Below, in pieces: positions 10,024 to 19,762 of a stretch of 64,000 bases of DNA; position 1 is the first letter of the stretch, and the number at the start of each line of letters is the position of its first letter. The notes beneath the pieces are model-generated. The model had not been told where the DNA came from and made no database searches. It saw only the letters and a list, made by a program, of their open reading frames with translations. This DNA comes from an uncultured Gammaproteobacteria bacterium (lineage in GTDB: Bacteria; Patescibacteriota; Microgenomatia; Daviesbacterales; UBA10151): positions 2,214-66,213 of the forward strand of contig CAYMRP010000007.1 in the NCBI GenBank assembly GCA_964392925.1, in the 5' to 3' direction. A program made the position numbers and the translations under genes.

Positions 10024-10290
10024 ATGAACGCAAAAACTAATAATACTAGTACAGGTACAGCAGCAGCGGCTGGAATAGCAGGAGCTGTAGTTGGTGCTGG
10101 TGTAGCGATTGCAGCTACCAAAGTCATGAGCGATAAAAATATGCGGGAGAAAGTTACCGGTGTATTAACTAATGTTAAAGACCAGGTAATGGACGCAGTA
10201 GAAAGTGCCAGGACTAATGGTGAAAATGCCTTGGATGATGCTCAGGGTAAAATAGAAACCGCGAAAAAGGAGATTAAAGACAAGAGCTAA
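10024..10290 (+). CDS. YtxH-like small protein (Gly/Ala-rich helix followed by a charged helical tail)
   Basis: 88 aa; TAAAAGIAGAVVGAGVAIAAT then a charged helical region; good RBS AAGGAGGGG upstream. Confidence 0.45.
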   Translation: MNAKTNNTSTGTAAAAGIAGAVVGAGVAIAATKVMSDKNMREKVTGVLTNVKDQVMDAVESARTNGENALDDAQGKIETAKKEIKDKS

Positions 10291-10356
10291 TCCAAAATTC
10301 CCTCCGGAGGGTAAAATGGTTCTTTTGTTATTACTCTTAAATGGTTAAAATAAATT

Positions 10357-10821
10357 ATGTTAAAACTTCTAACTGCGTTATTTGTTGCAGTTTTTTTATT
10401 TGTAACCCCTCAAAATTCTTCAGCTGCTGATGTTTTTACCAATGAAAAATTAATTTCGGTTGATTTAGGATCGCAAAAATTAATGGCTTGGGAGAACGGT
10501 AAAGTGGTTTATGAGACGAAGATTTCTTCTGGAATGAAGCTAACGCCAACAGTTAAAGGAAGCTTTAAAATCTATTATAAAACTCCACTAAGCGATATGA
10601 GGGGGCCTTCGCCATATAAAGATATATATCCATCAGGGAAATATCTGACTAAAAATGTGCCTAATTCAATGTATTTTTATCAAGGATATGCGGTTCACGG
10701 AGCTTATTGGCATAATAATTTTGGCCGGCCGGCATCTCATGGTTGTGTTAATACGCCTCTTGCTGCTGCGAAATGGCTCTATGATTGGGCTCCTGTCGGG
10801 ACCAGAGTTGAGGTTTGGTAA
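10357..10821 (+). CDS. L,D-transpeptidase (YkuD domain)
   Basis: 154 aa; signal peptide; catalytic-region motifs YAVHGAYW and SHGCVNTPLAAAKWLYDW (His/Cys of the LDT fold). Confidence 0.8.
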   Translation: MLKLLTALFVAVFLFVTPQNSSAADVFTNEKLISVDLGSQKLMAWENGKVVYETKISSGMKLTPTVKGSFKIYYKTPLSDMRGPSPYKDIYPSGKYLTKNVPNSMYFYQGYAVHGAYWHNNFGRPASHGCVNTPLAAAKWLYDWAPVGTRVEVW

Positions 10822-10822
10822 A

Positions 10823-12139
10823 TTAATTTCTGAGGATTTGAACTTTTTGCATAAAATTTACAACCACCGGATCAACAATAATATCTTGTACTAAAATCCG
10901 CTTTTTTAAATAAATTCCTTCTAAGCTTTTGCAGCGGCTTAAGGCCACGTACGTTTGACCGTGAGCAAATGCTCCACCGCCAAGATTTATGGCAACTAAT
11001 TTATAAGTTTGGCCTTGAGATTTGTGGATTGTTATAGCCCAAGCAAGCCTTAAGGGGAATTGAGTAAAAGAGCTAACGACTTCTTCTTTGACTTTGCGGG
11101 TTTTAATATCATAATGATAGCGGATTTTGGTCCAGGTTTCTTTTTGGACAGAATAGATTATTCCATCGATATTAACTTTAATTTCCAGATCGCTTAAGGA
11201 ATCAATAATTCCGAGAGTTCCGTTAACCCATCTTTTCTCACGGTCATTTTTTAAAAACATTACCTGAGCGCCTTTTTTAAGAATTAAAACTTCTTCGGTG
11301 GGAAAAGCACTTTCTTCAAGTTCGCCATCAATATCGGCAATGTAATCTGTTGAGGATTCATCAAGATCGGCTAGCCGGCGCATATTAATTTCTCTAACCA
11401 GGTTGTTGGTTGTAACTAAAGTTATAATTCCGTCTTTCGGGACTGATAAATCAACCCGGTTATTTAATAATTCTAGATGTTCCGAAGTCACTTCACCCAA
11501 GCGAATACTATTTAATATATCTTTGAAAAGTTCGTCTTTTTGCCGGAAGATTTTACCTAACTCATAAACTTCCAGATCAGCGTTCTCCCAAACATGAGCA
11601 TTGAAAAAATAATAACCGCCATGATTGTGAGCAAAGTATTGCTGGAGTCCCTGACTGTCAACAATCGGAGGCAGTTGGTAAAGATCGCCGAACATGACGA
11701 TTTGAGCACCACCGAAAGGATCATTATTGGATCGGGCCATCCGAAGCAAATGATCTATACCATCCATTAAATCGGCCCGGACCATAGAGATTTCATCAAT
11801 AATAATAGTATCCACATTTCTAAGAAGTAGAGCTGTTTTTGAAGTTAGATTTAATTCTTCGGGCCTGATAAAACCTGGTTTTATTTTAAAAAATGAATGA
11901 ATAGTCTGGCCCCTAACGTTTAAAGCTGCGACTCCAGTTGGGGCAACGACGACGGCTTGTTTCATAGTGTTCTCTTTAAAATATTGAAGTAGAACTGATT
12001 TTCCGGTGCCGGCTTTTCCGGTAATGAACATGTTGCTGCCGGTTTCTTCGATTCGTTCAAACAGCTCCTGTTGTTCAGAGCTTAGGTCAATATCAGAGAT
12101 GTTTGACTGCTTATTAATAATGGTAGTATCTTCAGGCAT
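10823..12139 (-). CDS. PIF1/RecD-like ATP-dependent DNA helicase
   Basis: 438 aa; Walker A GKAGTGKS, helicase motifs TGVAALNV, Walker B IIIDEISMV, and a C-terminal UvrD_C_2-like QGQTY...A.TIHKSQG. Confidence 0.8.
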   Translation of the reverse strand: MPEDTTIINKQSNISDIDLSSEQQELFERIEETGSNMFITGKAGTGKSVLLQYFKENTMKQAVVVAPTGVAALNVRGQTIHSFFKIKPGFIRPEELNLTSKTALLLRNVDTIIIDEISMVRADLMDGIDHLLRMARSNNDPFGGAQIVMFGDLYQLPPIVDSQGLQQYFAHNHGGYYFFNAHVWENADLEVYELGKIFRQKDELFKDILNSIRLGEVTSEHLELLNNRVDLSVPKDGIITLVTTNNLVREINMRRLADLDESSTDYIADIDGELEESAFPTEEVLILKKGAQVMFLKNDREKRWVNGTLGIIDSLSDLEIKVNIDGIIYSVQKETWTKIRYHYDIKTRKVKEEVVSSFTQFPLRLAWAITIHKSQGQTYKLVAINLGGGAFAHGQTYVALSRCKSLEGIYLKKRILVQDIIVDPVVVNFMQKVQILRN

Positions 12140-12192
12140 AATTTTGGGTATTTAATATAAGACCCATATCTTAACACGAGATTAAAGAGGTA

Positions 12193-13506
12193 TTAAATTG
12201 ATAAGAAATCTTTTAACGCTTGTTTATCAGTTTTGTAAATTTGTTCAAGTTGATATAAACACATAAATAATGGAGTTGAAACATTATTGCGGTTTTTAAT
12301 ATCGGCTATCACATTTGGTAATTGATCCAAAGTATCGACTTTAAATTTAAGAGTTGAATGTTTGTCGGTCCTGACTTCTTCAGGATTAGGGCGATAATCT
12401 TCGGCGTTTCCCGGAAGTTTGGTTATGCCGGTAAATTCTGGTTTGCCACCGCGGGTGACCCACCTATAAAATCCTAACAGCAAAGTCTTATTTAACTTAT
12501 TATCAATTTTTTTATCTGGCAGACTTTCTTCAATTAATTCGCGTTCCATGGTATTTATAACTGTTTGCTGTAAATTGTGATGAGTTAAATCTGAGTAGTT
12601 TGAGGAACCGGAGCCGGTTGGGATAAGCATGTCTTTATTAAATTGAGCTGTTGATGCTTGAACCCAGAGAATAATATAGTTATCAGCAGTAAAGCCGATG
12701 GTAGAACAACCTAGATGGTCATTCATTTGAGAGGAGGCGATATCAGATAAATAATGATTGCCTTCTGTATCCTCTGTGGAAGGAAAAATATGTTCAGTGG
12801 TAATTGTAGTGTGGACTTTGTCTTTGATGAGTAAGGTAGTGCCGCTGACTTGGTTAGTTACGAACGAATCATAATAGCCGCCAGTATGACAGGTGACGTG
12901 TTTGGAGTTTAAACTTATATCTTTTGACAAACAAAGCTTTTTGTCATTTGTGAATTGACGGTTAGCATGAAGAGAGGTGAAGAAGTAGTGATTCAAATAT
13001 TGAAGCAGGATTTCGCGGTGCTTTTGGATATATTTTTTTATGTGGGTTTGTTTAAGACTTGAAATAACGATAGATATTGGAGTGGTCCGTAAATAATCAT
13101 TGATTTTCTCTGAAACGAAAATCAAATCGCTTTTATTGCCGGGGATTTCTACAGGGATGAAACCTAGATCTTTTTCTTTTTCACCGGGTTTGACGAAAGG
13201 TTTAATAAGATTATTACGGAGGATACTTCTTTGGATATGAAAATAGGATCTTAATTCAGCTTGGGTGATATAAGTTTCCCAGATGAACTTGATAATAACC
13301 AAAACAATTATCAAACTAATTGTTTGTTCACCGGGAGTATCTTTAAATTTAGAGACCAGTTCGTGTTCCAAAAGATAGACGGAAAGGATAAAAATAAATA
13401 CACCAAGTAGCAGTCGGGTTGACTCTCCCTGCTGGAGAAAAATCAGGTATCTAATATAGTCGTGCCACATTCTGGCCTTTGTTAAAATTGAAAGTTTTCG
13501 AGTCAT
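12193..13506 (-). CDS. Hypothetical membrane-anchored protein
   Basis: 437 aa; two N-terminal hydrophobic helices; immediately upstream of the helicase on the same strand (possible operon). Confidence 0.5.
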   Translation of the reverse strand: MTRKLSILTKARMWHDYIRYLIFLQQGESTRLLLGVFIFILSVYLLEHELVSKFKDTPGEQTISLIIVLVIIKFIWETYITQAELRSYFHIQRSILRNNLIKPFVKPGEKEKDLGFIPVEIPGNKSDLIFVSEKINDYLRTTPISIVISSLKQTHIKKYIQKHREILLQYLNHYFFTSLHANRQFTNDKKLCLSKDISLNSKHVTCHTGGYYDSFVTNQVSGTTLLIKDKVHTTITTEHIFPSTEDTEGNHYLSDIASSQMNDHLGCSTIGFTADNYIILWVQASTAQFNKDMLIPTGSGSSNYSDLTHHNLQQTVINTMERELIEESLPDKKIDNKLNKTLLLGFYRWVTRGGKPEFTGITKLPGNAEDYRPNPEEVRTDKHSTLKFKVDTLDQLPNVIADIKNRNNVSTPLFMCLYQLEQIYKTDKQALKDFLSI

Positions 13507-13534
13507 CTCTTAAGTATAATAATTTTACTCAAGA

Positions 13535-13918
13535 TTATATATGGTCTGATGTGTCGGCTTGCGCCTCTGTCTTTGTTTTATGTATAGTGCCGTCTTTATG
13601 ATGAGCTGGACTGTATATTGTATAAAGCTTAAGAGGTTTTTCGCTTGAGGTGTTAATGACATTATGCTTTGAACCTGCAGGAATGATAATCGCATCGCCC
13701 TCTTTGACTTCGTAGCCATTCCCATCAATGATAATTCTTGCTTCGCCACTTTCAAATCTCAAAAACTGATCAACAATTTCATGGATCTCCATGCCGATTT
13801 CTTCATTTGGCTTTAGACTCATGATAACTAGCTGACTGTGCTGCCCTGTAAATAAAACTTTTCTGAAAAAATCATTTTCCAAAGTTAGTTTTTCGATATT
13901 GCCTATAAATTTTGTCAA
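13535..13918 (-). CDS. Cupin-domain protein
   Basis: 127 aa; two cupin motifs (GMEIHEI... and GDAIIIPAGSKHNVINTS). Confidence 0.6.
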   Translation of the reverse strand: MTKFIGNIEKLTLENDFFRKVLFTGQHSQLVIMSLKPNEEIGMEIHEIVDQFLRFESGEARIIIDGNGYEVKEGDAIIIPAGSKHNVINTSSEKPLKLYTIYSPAHHKDGTIHKTKTEAQADTSDHI

Positions 13919-14000
13919 AATAATTCACCTCCTTTTACTCAAACAATAATAACAGAAGCTGGTTGATTGTATGTGTTTTTAATCACTGTATAATTGCTTA

Positions 14001-14375
14001 ATGAATATTGAAGAAAACCTGCCTGAAAGGTTTATTAATAGTGCATTTCATCCATCTTTATTTGTGTATGCATGGAAGAGAAATACTTTAGATAAGTTGT
14101 TTGAGGAGTTAATGCAGAGTAATGTAGCTATTGTTTATGGTGAAGCCTGGAGAGTAGAAGGAGATGAGTATTTTGGAATAATTCCATTTAAAAATGGCAG
14201 TAAAGCAGTTTTATCTTGGAAAATAGAGCAGAAAGAAGGGGAAGAGTGGTATGACTTTGTCGAGCGATCAATGAAAGATTCGCTGGAGGCAATTACCAGT
14301 AAAGATTTAGAAAAGAAAACGAGTGCAGTAGTTAGAAGCAAAATTTATTATCATTTTAAATTTGCAATTGAGTAA
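14001..14375 (+). CDS. Hypothetical protein
   Basis: 124-aa ORF. Confidence 0.4.
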   Translation: MNIEENLPERFINSAFHPSLFVYAWKRNTLDKLFEELMQSNVAIVYGEAWRVEGDEYFGIIPFKNGSKAVLSWKIEQKEGEEWYDFVERSMKDSLEAITSKDLEKKTSAVVRSKIYYHFKFAIE

Positions 14376-14393
14376 CTTGCGTGGCGGGGGTGT

Positions 14394-15098
14394 TTAAAGT
14401 GCAGCCCGGTTTTGTTTAGTATCATCGATTCCTCCAACCTGACCTAATTCTTCGACTTTGTCTCGGATATTATCCGGATGAAGAACAGATAAGTCTATTG
14501 CCTGACGATGGGCAATTACCAGCCCTTGGATTATCTTTCGGAGTTTTAAAGCATCTGCTTTTTTTAAGTAAGTTATATTTACAGAATTCTCAACATATCC
14601 CTGATCAACTATTTTTACAGTTGCAAAAAATAGTGAGGTCTCAACAACAATGTCCAGAATGTCTTTTACTAGAATACTGTGAATATGTTGAGAGTAAAAG
14701 AACTCCCTGAAGATGATATTAACCTTATACGGATCAACGATTACATCGTTGGTGAAAAGGGTAAAGGGGAAAACTGTGCTGACTTTTACTAATACATCGC
14801 TGGATTTGTCTACTAAATTATTTAGTTTGGTTGTTGCCAGATCTTTTTTCTCCTGCTTATTGTCTTTGCTCTGCGGGCTATCCTTTGTTTCATCTTTAGG
14901 CATCATTGTTTCCTGATTTAATAGGAGTCTTTTTTTGTCCCGGGTAAAATATTCGACTGGAGGAGGAGTCGGCTCTCCTATAACTTCTGATGAGTCAGTC
15001 GTTTTTAGAGGTGAGTCGTTTGCGTTTTTAAAATTTTCTTTCTTGTCTTTTATGTATTCTTTTTTTAATTCTGTTCCAAATTGACCTGATGCAAACAT
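14394..15098 (-). CDS. Hypothetical protein (charged, low-complexity N-terminal half)
   Basis: 234-aa ORF. Confidence 0.45.
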   Translation of the reverse strand: MFASGQFGTELKKEYIKDKKENFKNANDSPLKTTDSSEVIGEPTPPPVEYFTRDKKRLLLNQETMMPKDETKDSPQSKDNKQEKKDLATTKLNNLVDKSSDVLVKVSTVFPFTLFTNDVIVDPYKVNIIFREFFYSQHIHSILVKDILDIVVETSLFFATVKIVDQGYVENSVNITYLKKADALKLRKIIQGLVIAHRQAIDLSVLHPDNIRDKVEELGQVGGIDDTKQNRAAL

Positions 15099-15246
15099 AG
15101 TAAATCTCCTTTAGCAAATTTTAGAAATTTTTAGTGAAGATCGTATAGGAGAGATGAAAGAATTGTATAAGAATTAATCTTACTTTTTTATTACGGCAAA
15201 TTAATTTTACTTTATTGAAGAGAAGATATCTTTACTTTTTAAGGAG

Positions 15247-15825
15247 GTGATATACATGTCAGCAGTAATATTGGGAGTTTTTTCGAAAGAGTCGTTTGCT
15301 GAAGATGCAATTTCTAAGCTTGAAGCTCGAGGCTATAACCCTAAAGATATGTCTATTTTAATGAAAGATAATGAAGCTGCCAAAAGAATGTCTGAAGATA
15401 CCGGAGCAGATGTTGCAGGAGGAGCTGTGTCAGGTGCCAGTACTGGAGCTCTAGTTGGGGGAGTGGCAGGATTTTTAGCTGGAACTGTGCTTCCCGGACT
15501 AGGAGGATTCCTTATTGGAGGTCCAATAGGAGCGGCTTTAGGATTAACCGGAGCTGCGGCAACGACAGTTTCAGGAGCTGCTACAGGAGTAGTGGCAGGA
15601 GGACTGATTGGTGCTTTAACGAGTACTTTTGGAATTAGCGATGATGATGCGCGCGATTATGAAAGTAAAATTAATAATGGTGGGATTTTAATTGCAGTTC
15701 CTACTAAAGATGGGGATGCGCATGAGGTTAAGTCCATTATGACTAATTTTGATGCAGATGGAGTCAGGGAAATTGATTCTGACGGCCAAAATCATAATAG
15801 AAGGGTGATCGCAGATCGTGATTAA
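15247..15825 (+). CDS. Gly-rich membrane protein resembling a general-stress-protein 17M-like N-terminal domain
   Basis: 192 aa; RBS AAGGAGGTG; N-terminal VILGVFSKESFAEDAISKLEARGYNPKDMSIL, then a GxxxG-rich hydrophobic core. Confidence 0.5.
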   Translation: MIYMSAVILGVFSKESFAEDAISKLEARGYNPKDMSILMKDNEAAKRMSEDTGADVAGGAVSGASTGALVGGVAGFLAGTVLPGLGGFLIGGPIGAALGLTGAAATTVSGAATGVVAGGLIGALTSTFGISDDDARDYESKINNGGILIAVPTKDGDAHEVKSIMTNFDADGVREIDSDGQNHNRRVIADRD

Positions 15826-15828
15826 CCC

Positions 15829-15866
15829 CAGATTGGAGACTGGTTATGCCAGTCTCCAATTCTTTT
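15829..15866. terminator. Bidirectional rho-independent terminator between convergent genes
   Basis: AGATTGGAGACTGG-TTATG-CCAGTCTCCAATTC perfect 14-bp hairpin with a T-run on the + side. Confidence 0.6.
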
Positions 15867-15869
15867 AGA

Positions 15870-16322
15870 TTAATTAGTGCTGATCTCTTTTTTTGAGTCA
15901 GATTTTTTAGCGATAACCTTAATTTTCTTCGGAGCTATTACTTCAGCTTTGGGGAAAACCAGTTTTAAGACTCCGTGTTCAAGAATTGCTTCCGGCTCTT
16001 TGTCAGCGGCTATTCCGTCAGGTAATTTAAAAGAATAATTATATGAGGATGCCATTGAGGACATAAAATATTTCCTCTTGTCCTTTTCTTCCTGAGCTTG
16101 TTCGTTTGAAGCACTTATCCTAACCACTTTTTGGTCGATTGAAATATCGATCTTATCGTCAGGAATTCCCGGTAAAGCGACTTCAGCAATCAAAGAATTT
16201 TCGGTCTCGAAAATATTAAGACCTTGACCCATTACTTTGGAGAGTCCAGGTACTGTTGGTAAATCCCAGTCTTCATCTAGAAGAGAAGACATATTCCAAG
16301 GATTCCATCTTATTAATGTCAT
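15870..16322 (-). CDS. Hsp20/alpha-crystallin family small heat-shock protein
   Basis: 150 aa; alpha-crystallin domain (FETENSLIAEVALPGIPDDKIDISIDQKVVRISA, IAADKEPEAILEHGVLKLVFPK). Confidence 0.8.
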   Translation of the reverse strand: MTLIRWNPWNMSSLLDEDWDLPTVPGLSKVMGQGLNIFETENSLIAEVALPGIPDDKIDISIDQKVVRISASNEQAQEEKDKRKYFMSSMASSYNYSFKLPDGIAADKEPEAILEHGVLKLVFPKAEVIAPKKIKVIAKKSDSKKEISTN

Positions 16323-16523
16323 TATTACTCACCTCCTGTCTTTAATCTGTTATTAGCAGTAATATACAACGAGTGCTAATTTATTGTCAAGATCCAACAC
16401 ATTTCTTTGACAAAGACTGTTTAGGTATCTATCAATAATCAATGAGTTTAATTAGTTTATTATTCCTGATTAACGTTAATCATTAGTATTGACACTTCGG
16501 TTAAGTTGGTTCATATTTAATAT

Positions 16524-16709
16524 ATGGCAAAGAACAAAGTATCTAAACCAACTACGATGAATCTGATGCAATATAAAAAACATCTTCTTCCTTCACTAGC
16601 TGGAGGAGGTGTAGCGTATATTCTTACTGGGGTTGCAGTACTTGGAGCAGCAGTATTTGCTGCAGTATGGGCAGGTAACGCAATTAACCATCATCTTCAT
16701 AAAAAGTAA
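16524..16709 (+). CDS. Small hydrophobic protein
   Basis: 61 aa, one TM helix; TTGACA..TATTTAAT promoter-like sequence at about 16482-16515. Confidence 0.35.
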   Translation: MAKNKVSKPTTMNLMQYKKHLLPSLAGGGVAYILTGVAVLGAAVFAAVWAGNAINHHLHKK

Positions 16710-16814
16710 AAATCCTCCTGTTCTTTAATTTAAGATTTATTAATAGCTCATAGATAATAATTTCTCAAAATTAATTCTCTTGAATTTCTTTTATAATTTC
16801 ATTACGCTGGTTAT

Positions 16815-18431
16815 GTGGTAAAAGTTTTATCCTTATTCCTCTTTTTTTTGATCTCAGTTATGTTTTTTCAAAAACCGGTTTATGCTGCTGTTAGCTGGAC
16901 TGAGACTCAACCTGCGGGAGATACTGATCAGTCATGGACTCCAGTGGCTATGTCTTCAGACGGCCAGATAATGATCGCCGGTGTCCAAAATGCGCGGCTC
17001 TATTTGTCAGAAAATGGCGGTGATAGCTGGACTGAAACTCAGCCAGCCGGAGATCAGGATTATTCCTGGCTCACACTTAGCATGTCTTCAGATGGCCAAA
17101 CTATCTTGGCTGGAGTAAATAATGGCAGATTATATATTACTAATAATGGTGGAGATTCCTGGGCTGAAACCCGTCCGGGAGGCGACAATGATCTTGCGTG
17201 GTACACCAGCAGTGTGTCTGCAGATGGTCAAATAATTTTAGCTGGTGTTCGAAACGGTAGATTATACCTATCATCTAATGGTGGAAGCGGCTGGGGTGAG
17301 GTGCAGCCTGCAGGGAATACGGATCAACCATGGGCTAGCTCTACAATGTCTTCTGACGGAGAAATAATATTTGCCGGTATGAATGCTGGCAGGCTGTATC
17401 GGTCAATTAATAGTGGAGGCTCTTGGGATGAGATGCAGCCGGCTGGGGATACAGATTCACAATGGACTGCGCTTGGGGTTTCGTCAAATGGGCAAGATGT
17501 ATTAGCTGGGGCACTTAATGGCAGGTTATATCGATCGACCAATGGTGGAGATTCCTGGGGAGAAATTCAGCCTGCGGGAGATATCGAAACAACCTGGAGC
17601 TTTGCTGCCGTTTCTTCAGACGGGAATACTATGTTTGTCTCAAGCGGCTTGAGACTTTATATCTCAAGTAATAGTGGCGATAGTTGGACTGAAACTCAGC
17701 CTTTGGGTGATACAGACCAATCCTGGTCTGGAGGAGGTATGTCTTCTGACAGCCAGGTGCTGGTTGCAGCTGATTACAACGGAAGGATTTTTTTAGGTTC
17801 AAATCCTCTACCTCCACCTTCTTCAAATAATTCTGTTTATAATCCACCTGCCGGATTTGGTCCTCCAAGCTGCAATGATTCAGCGCCTTCTGTTATCCCA
17901 GATCTATTCCGAGTAGATGCTGCAGGTACTTATGTTAATTTGTATTTTTCTACAGTTAGCGGAGGTACAGGGTATAACGTGAGTTATGGACTTAATTCTG
18001 ATGCTAATCAGTATGGGGATTTGTTTGGTTATTCAGGCGATCTTTGGACTATCGGCAGGACAGTTTCCGGCTTGCAGCCGAATACTACTTACTACTTTAG
18101 GGTTCAGGCAGTGAATGGATGTAATGCGGGGGCTTGGAGCCCTGTGAAATCTGTTAAAACAAGAGGACGGACTGCGAATGTTTCGCAGTGGTTTGCTAAT
18201 TTGAATCCTTTTAGTTCAAATCCGGCTTTAGTTACTAGTAAGTCTGCAGGGGCTGTTGCAGGGGTTTCTAAGACTCCGGGAAATTGTACTTATACAGTTC
18301 AGGAAGGGGATTCTTTTTGGAAAATTGCGTTAGAGCAGTTGGGGAGTGGAAGTAGATTTGGGGAGTTGGAGAGTTTGAATCCGGGGGTTTCGGTGCTTCA
18401 AATTGGGCAGATGATTTCTGTTTGCAAATAG
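16815..18431 (+). CDS. Secreted BNR/Asp-box beta-propeller repeat protein with fibronectin-III-like and C-terminal LysM domains
   Basis: 538 aa; signal peptide; about 8 tandem 44-aa repeats each carrying an S.NGGDSW Asp-box; FN3-like YYFRVQAVNGCNAGAWSP; C-terminal LysM YTVQEGDSFWKIA...LNPGVSVLQIGQMISV. Confidence 0.65.
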   Translation: MVKVLSLFLFFLISVMFFQKPVYAAVSWTETQPAGDTDQSWTPVAMSSDGQIMIAGVQNARLYLSENGGDSWTETQPAGDQDYSWLTLSMSSDGQTILAGVNNGRLYITNNGGDSWAETRPGGDNDLAWYTSSVSADGQIILAGVRNGRLYLSSNGGSGWGEVQPAGNTDQPWASSTMSSDGEIIFAGMNAGRLYRSINSGGSWDEMQPAGDTDSQWTALGVSSNGQDVLAGALNGRLYRSTNGGDSWGEIQPAGDIETTWSFAAVSSDGNTMFVSSGLRLYISSNSGDSWTETQPLGDTDQSWSGGGMSSDSQVLVAADYNGRIFLGSNPLPPPSSNNSVYNPPAGFGPPSCNDSAPSVIPDLFRVDAAGTYVNLYFSTVSGGTGYNVSYGLNSDANQYGDLFGYSGDLWTIGRTVSGLQPNTTYYFRVQAVNGCNAGAWSPVKSVKTRGRTANVSQWFANLNPFSSNPALVTSKSAGAVAGVSKTPGNCTYTVQEGDSFWKIALEQLGSGSRFGELESLNPGVSVLQIGQMISVCK

Positions 18432-18466
18432 TTTTTTAGCTTCAACCCTGTTAAAATCCGTTAATA

Positions 18467-19168
18467 ATGTCAGGGAACAAATTTACAAAAGAACTATATC
18501 ATTCACTAGCAGGGATAAATAATGCGGTTGAGAGAACCGAAGATAGATCACTTGATAAACACACAGTGCAAGAGTACATGAATTTTTTAGCAGAGGCTAA
18601 TCTAAAGTCCCCAGGTTTATTAAGTCAGCTTGATCCGAATCAATTTTGGAATAGTATCGGTTATTCGAAGACTGGGGTATCGGCTCATATTGCAAGAAAT
18701 TTAGGGAAGCTAAAGAGCGTATTGGATGATTTTGTTGAGACTCCAGTTGCCCCGGGTAAAAGCTTTCATTTTATTACTGATCCGAAGCTGAGGAAGATAC
18801 TTGAGCGTGATTATATAGAAATACAAAAGAGTGTGATTTCTGAAAATTGGAAATCGACTATAATATTGTCAGGAGGAGCGCTTGAGGCAGTTCTCTTAGA
18901 CTTATTATTAAAGAATGAGACTCTAGCTAAATCATCTAGTAAAGCTCCGAAGGGTAACTTGAACGAGTGGGATTTGAACGAACTAATTGAGACGGGTGTA
19001 GATATTAAAATTGTAGACTCCCAAATTGGTAAGCTTTCCCATTCTGTGAGGGAGTATAGGAATCTTATACATCCTGGAGTGGAGATTAGGAAGAATCTAA
19101 AAATAGAGCCAGAGGAAGGAAAAATTGCTGTAGAGGTTCTAAATATATTAATAAGGGAGTTAAGTTAA
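18467..19168 (+). CDS. Hypothetical protein
   Basis: 233-aa ORF. Confidence 0.45.
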   Translation: MSGNKFTKELYHSLAGINNAVERTEDRSLDKHTVQEYMNFLAEANLKSPGLLSQLDPNQFWNSIGYSKTGVSAHIARNLGKLKSVLDDFVETPVAPGKSFHFITDPKLRKILERDYIEIQKSVISENWKSTIILSGGALEAVLLDLLLKNETLAKSSSKAPKGNLNEWDLNELIETGVDIKIVDSQIGKLSHSVREYRNLIHPGVEIRKNLKIEPEEGKIAVEVLNILIRELS

Positions 19169-19378
19169 TTATGTCATTAAAAGTAGGGAAGCCCATTCTA
19201 CTATCCCAACTAATAGTTTCCACTTTAAACTAAGTTTTACCCTCCCTGATCCCAGAAAAGCTAGATTAATCCTTGAAAGAGACGTTTTAGGAAGAATAAT
19301 CCATTCAAAACCACCAGCAATGCCTTTAATTTGAGGCTAAGAAAGGAATTACGAGGGCATACCCCGTAAGCGTAGCTT

Positions 19379-19762
19379 ATGCAGTGTCAATTTATAAAAG
19401 AAGATGAGAGTCAATGTGGAGCTATGTCTATTAAAGAGGCAACATTTTGCTTTAGTCATAATCCCGATACTCAACAAGAGAAACAGTTAGCGGTCCAGAA
19501 AGGAGGTTTTGCCAGTAAAAAAACTGATATAAACCTAATGCCGGTTGATATTAAAACTCCTCAACAGGTGACGGCTCTGCTCGAAGATACTATTAATAGA
19601 GTAAGGAGTGGGGAAGTGCCTCCAAATATTGCAAATACGATTGGCTATTTAGCCGGTCACATGCTCAAAGCTCTTGAAGTTTCAAATGTTGATGAGCGGG
19701 TAGAAATGATTGAAAGCATTTTATTAGAGCGTAAAACCTCAATTAAGGGGAGGCAAAGGTGA
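19379..19762 (+). CDS. Hypothetical protein
   Basis: 127-aa ORF; overlaps the next gene by 4 nt. Confidence 0.4.
   Translation: MQCQFIKEDESQCGAMSIKEATFCFSHNPDTQQEKQLAVQKGGFASKKTDINLMPVDIKTPQQVTALLEDTINRVRSGEVPPNIANTIGYLAGHMLKALEVSNVDERVEMIESILLERKTSIKGRQR

Noticed and set aside
10655-10894. 79-aa plus-strand ORF overlapping the 3' end of the L,D-transpeptidase gene and the helicase stop
   Set aside because: Out-of-frame overlap of two well-supported genes and a hydrophobic low-complexity translation. Probably spurious.
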